This document shows, piece by piece, positions 1 to 1,181 of a DNA stretch of 1,181 nt (the first letter of the stretch is position 1; the number at the start of each line of letters is the position of its first letter). The notes below the pieces were generated by a model that worked only from the letters and a program-made list of their open reading frames with translations, did no database searches and was not told the origin of the DNA. This stretch comes from Naegleria gruberi (taxonomy: Eukaryota), in NCBI GenBank assembly GCA_000004985.1, contig GG739517.1; one strand, given 5' to 3'. A program made the translations under genes and the position numbers.

Positions 1-715
1 GCCATCTGTTGCTGTCATTGTTGCCAGTATTCGTGCTCTTAAATTCCACGGTGGATGTGCATTGAAGAATGTTACCCAACCAGACGTTGAAGCTGTTAAG
101 ACTGGTTTTGCTAACTTGGGAAGACACATTGCTAATATGAGAAAGTTTGGTGTTCCAGTTGTTGTCTGTGTCAATCAATTCACAACCGATAGTGCTGAAG
201 AAATTGAAACTGTTGTCAGATTATCTAAGGAAGCTGGTGCTGATGACTGTGTTCCATCAAATCACTTCAGTGAAGGTGGTAAGGGAGCTGTTGCTATTGC
301 TGAAGCTATTGTTCGTGTCTGCCAAGATAAATCCAAGATGAACTTTAAGCCATTGTACGATATTAACATTTCAATCAAGGAAAAGATTGAAACTATTGCC
401 AAGGAAATTTATGGAGCTGCTGGTGTTGAATATGCTGAAGCTGCTGAAAAGGAAATTCAAAAATTGGACAAGTTGCCAGAAAAGTATTCTATTTGTTTTG
501 CTAAAACTCAATACAGTTTCTCTCATGACGAAAAATTGAAGGGTGCTCCAAGTGGTTTCATTCTCCCAATTAAGAGTATCAGATTATACAGTGGTGCTGG
601 TTTGTTGGTTCCTTTCTGTGGTGATATTTCTGCACTTCCAGGTCTTCCAACTCGTCCTGCCTACCTTTTGATCGATATTGACCCAGAAACAGAAGAAGTT
701 AAAGGTCTCTTTTAA
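1..715 (+). CDS. C1-tetrahydrofolate synthase (trifunctional MTHFD/cyclohydrolase/formate-THF ligase), C-terminal part of the formyltetrahydrofolate synthetase (FTHFS) domain; 5'-partial, continues upstream of the window; codon frame starts at nt 2; stop TAA at 713..715
   Basis: Frame 2 is open from nt 2 (PSVAVIVASIRALKFHGGCALKNV...) with no stop before the ORF-track 'start'. Position 62 is TTG, not ATG, so it is not a real start. The translation contains FTHFS-family conserved blocks: VASIRALKFHGG (cf. VATVRALKMHGG), VVVCVNQFTTDSAEEIE, CFAKTQYSFSHD (nt 500..529, cf. bacterial CMAKTQYSLSDD), and RLYSGAGLLVPFCGDISALPGLPTRPA. It ends ...DIDPETEEVKGLF*, the typical C-terminus of yeast ADE3/MIS1-type enzymes. 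Codon usage (TTG Leu, AGA Arg, GGT Gly, GCT Ala, AT-rich third positions) is yeast-like. The ADE3 (cytosolic) and MIS1 (mitochondrial) paralogues cannot be told apart from the C-terminus alone. Confidence 0.9.
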   Translation, partial: PSVAVIVASIRALKFHGGCALKNVTQPDVEAVKTGFANLGRHIANMRKFGVPVVVCVNQFTTDSAEEIETVVRLSKEAGADDCVPSNHFSEGGKGAVAIAEAIVRVCQDKSKMNFKPLYDINISIKEKIETIAKEIYGAAGVEYAEAAEKEIQKLDKLPEKYSICFAKTQYSFSHDEKLKGAPSGFILPIKSIRLYSGAGLLVPFCGDISALPGLPTRPAYLLIDIDPETEEVKGLF

Positions 716-802
716 TTAAAAAACTATTTACCAATTTTGAAAAATCTTAAATATTAAATAGATGTTTGACATTGTTTCTGGATCATGATGAATTTATTTA
801 AC
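716..802. terminator. 87-bp AT-rich convergent intergenic spacer holding the 3' UTRs and probable poly(A)/termination signals of both genes
   Basis: It lies between TAA (713..715, + gene) and TAA (complement of 803..805, - gene). It is very AT-rich (ttaaaaaactatttaccaattttgaaaaatcttaaatattaaatag...). On the + strand it has A-rich and TA-rich yeast-type efficiency/positioning-like elements (aaaaa 740..744; aaatattaaata 749..760). On the - strand it has AATAAA (complement of 793..798) and tatttaatattta. No prokaryotic-style GC-rich hairpin is present. Confidence 0.5.
793..798 (-). promoter_or_regulatory. AATAAA hexamer (positioning-element-like poly(A) signal) on the minus strand, immediately downstream of the minus-strand gene's stop codon
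   Basis: Plus-strand tttatt at 793..798 is AATAAA on the minus strand, 4 nt after the TAA stop of the minus-strand CDS. Yeast poly(A) signals are degenerate and AT-rich hexamers are expected by chance in this spacer, so this is suggestive only. Confidence 0.25.
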
Positions 803-1181
803 TTATTGAATGAAATCTCTATCATCTGATTCTTCTTCATAGTTCATGCCTAATTGTGTTAGTTCATGTTGTGGCATTGAGAATCTAAAATTACGAATCA
901 TTGGAATGTCACCAATAACGCTTCCCCTATTCATTTCTGAATCTTCAGGCGAATAATTGTTGTAATTTTGAGATTGTGAATAAAACATTTCATCAAGTGG
1001 TGTTAAATGTTCTGCGAATAATTGCTGAGTTTCGATTAAACCCTTTTCCATTTCTTGATGGAAAGCTCTTTCAGTTGCCTTATCCATGAGTTGATTTTCT
1101 ACCTTAACAGCCTCTTCACATAACTTTAAAAATACATGACACTTTCTGTTCAAGTTAATAATGTGCTCAACTGCATAGAGT
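803..1181 (-). CDS. Uncharacterised protein, C-terminal ~125 aa; 3'-partial in window (N-terminus lies beyond nt 1181); stop TAA = complement of 803..805
   Basis: The minus-strand frame is open from the window edge: the codons upstream of the ORF-track 'M' read ...LYAVEHIINL-NRK..., and that 'M' at 1151..1153 is a TTG codon. It gives 125 sense codons with yeast-like codon usage matching the neighbouring gene. The ORF is far longer than expected by chance in ~40% GC DNA. The protein has a charged, helical-looking segment (CEEAVKVENQLMDKATERAFHQEMEKGLIETQQLFAEHL), then a low-complexity stretch (FYSQSQNYNNYSPEDSEMNRGS), then an acidic tail (NYEEESDDRDFIQ*). I recognise no family signature. Confidence 0.6.
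   Translation of the reverse strand, partial: LYAVEHIINLNRKCHVFLKLCEEAVKVENQLMDKATERAFHQEMEKGLIETQQLFAEHLTPLDEMFYSQSQNYNNYSPEDSEMNRGSVIGDIPMIRNFRFSMPQHELTQLGMNYEEESDDRDFIQ

Noticed and set aside
62-64. ORF-track start codon for the 217-aa protein
   Set aside because: The codon is TTG and the frame stays open to nt 2, encoding conserved internal FTHFS sequence. It is not a genuine initiation site in a eukaryotic gene.
147-341. 64-aa ORF in an alternative + frame (MVFQLLSVSINSQPIVLKKLKLLSDYLRKLVLMTVFHQITSVKVVRELLLLLKLLFVSAKINPR)
   Set aside because: It lies entirely inside the strongly conserved FTHFS reading frame. Its L/K-rich low-complexity composition is what an AT-rich, GCT/GTT/GAA-rich coding frame gives when read out of frame. 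It is a spurious overlapping ORF.
782-789. Perfect 8-bp palindrome ATCATGAT in the intergenic spacer
   Set aside because: It is too short to be distinguished from chance in AT-rich DNA. It has no flanking repeat copies and no associated ORF. It is probably not a regulatory or recombination site.
716-802. Possible small ORF, sRNA, or prokaryotic-type terminator hairpin in the spacer
   Set aside because: It has no GC-rich stem followed by a U-tract and no ORF of meaningful length. Its AT-rich composition is typical of yeast 3' UTR / poly(A) signal regions.
1151-1153. ORF-track start codon ('M') for the 116-aa minus-strand protein
   Set aside because: On the minus strand this is TTG (complement of caa), and the frame continues open to the window edge (…LYAVEHIINL upstream). 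The real N-terminus is outside the window.
1-1181. Spliceosomal intron signals (GTATGT … TACTAAC … YAG) interrupting either CDS
   Set aside because: No GTATGT 5' splice site or TACTAAC branch-point consensus is present. Both reading frames are continuous and the FTHFS translation aligns collinearly with the family.

Overview
This window reads as ordinary yeast-type nuclear DNA (AT-rich, Saccharomycetales-like codon usage) containing the 3' ends of two convergently transcribed protein-coding genes. On the + strand (1..715, open at the 5' window edge) is the C-terminal ~237 codons of the formyltetrahydrofolate synthetase domain of a C1-tetrahydrofolate synthase (ADE3/MIS1 family). It carries the conserved AKTQYSFSHD and SGAG...GDI...PGLP blocks and the characteristic ...GLF* C-terminus. 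On the - strand (803..1181, open at the 3' window edge) is the C-terminal ~125 codons of a second protein that I cannot assign to a family. It is helical and charged, then N/S/Q/Y-rich, and ends in an acidic tail, ...EEESDDRDFIQ*. The two stop codons are only 87 bp apart, across an AT-rich spacer that must hold both 3' UTRs and poly(A) signals. I see no repeats, RNA genes, mobile elements or prokaryotic-style operon or defence architecture, and no evidence of a novel system. The start coordinates in the ORF track (62 and 1153) are artefacts of TTG being used as a start codon; both reading frames stay open to the window edges.
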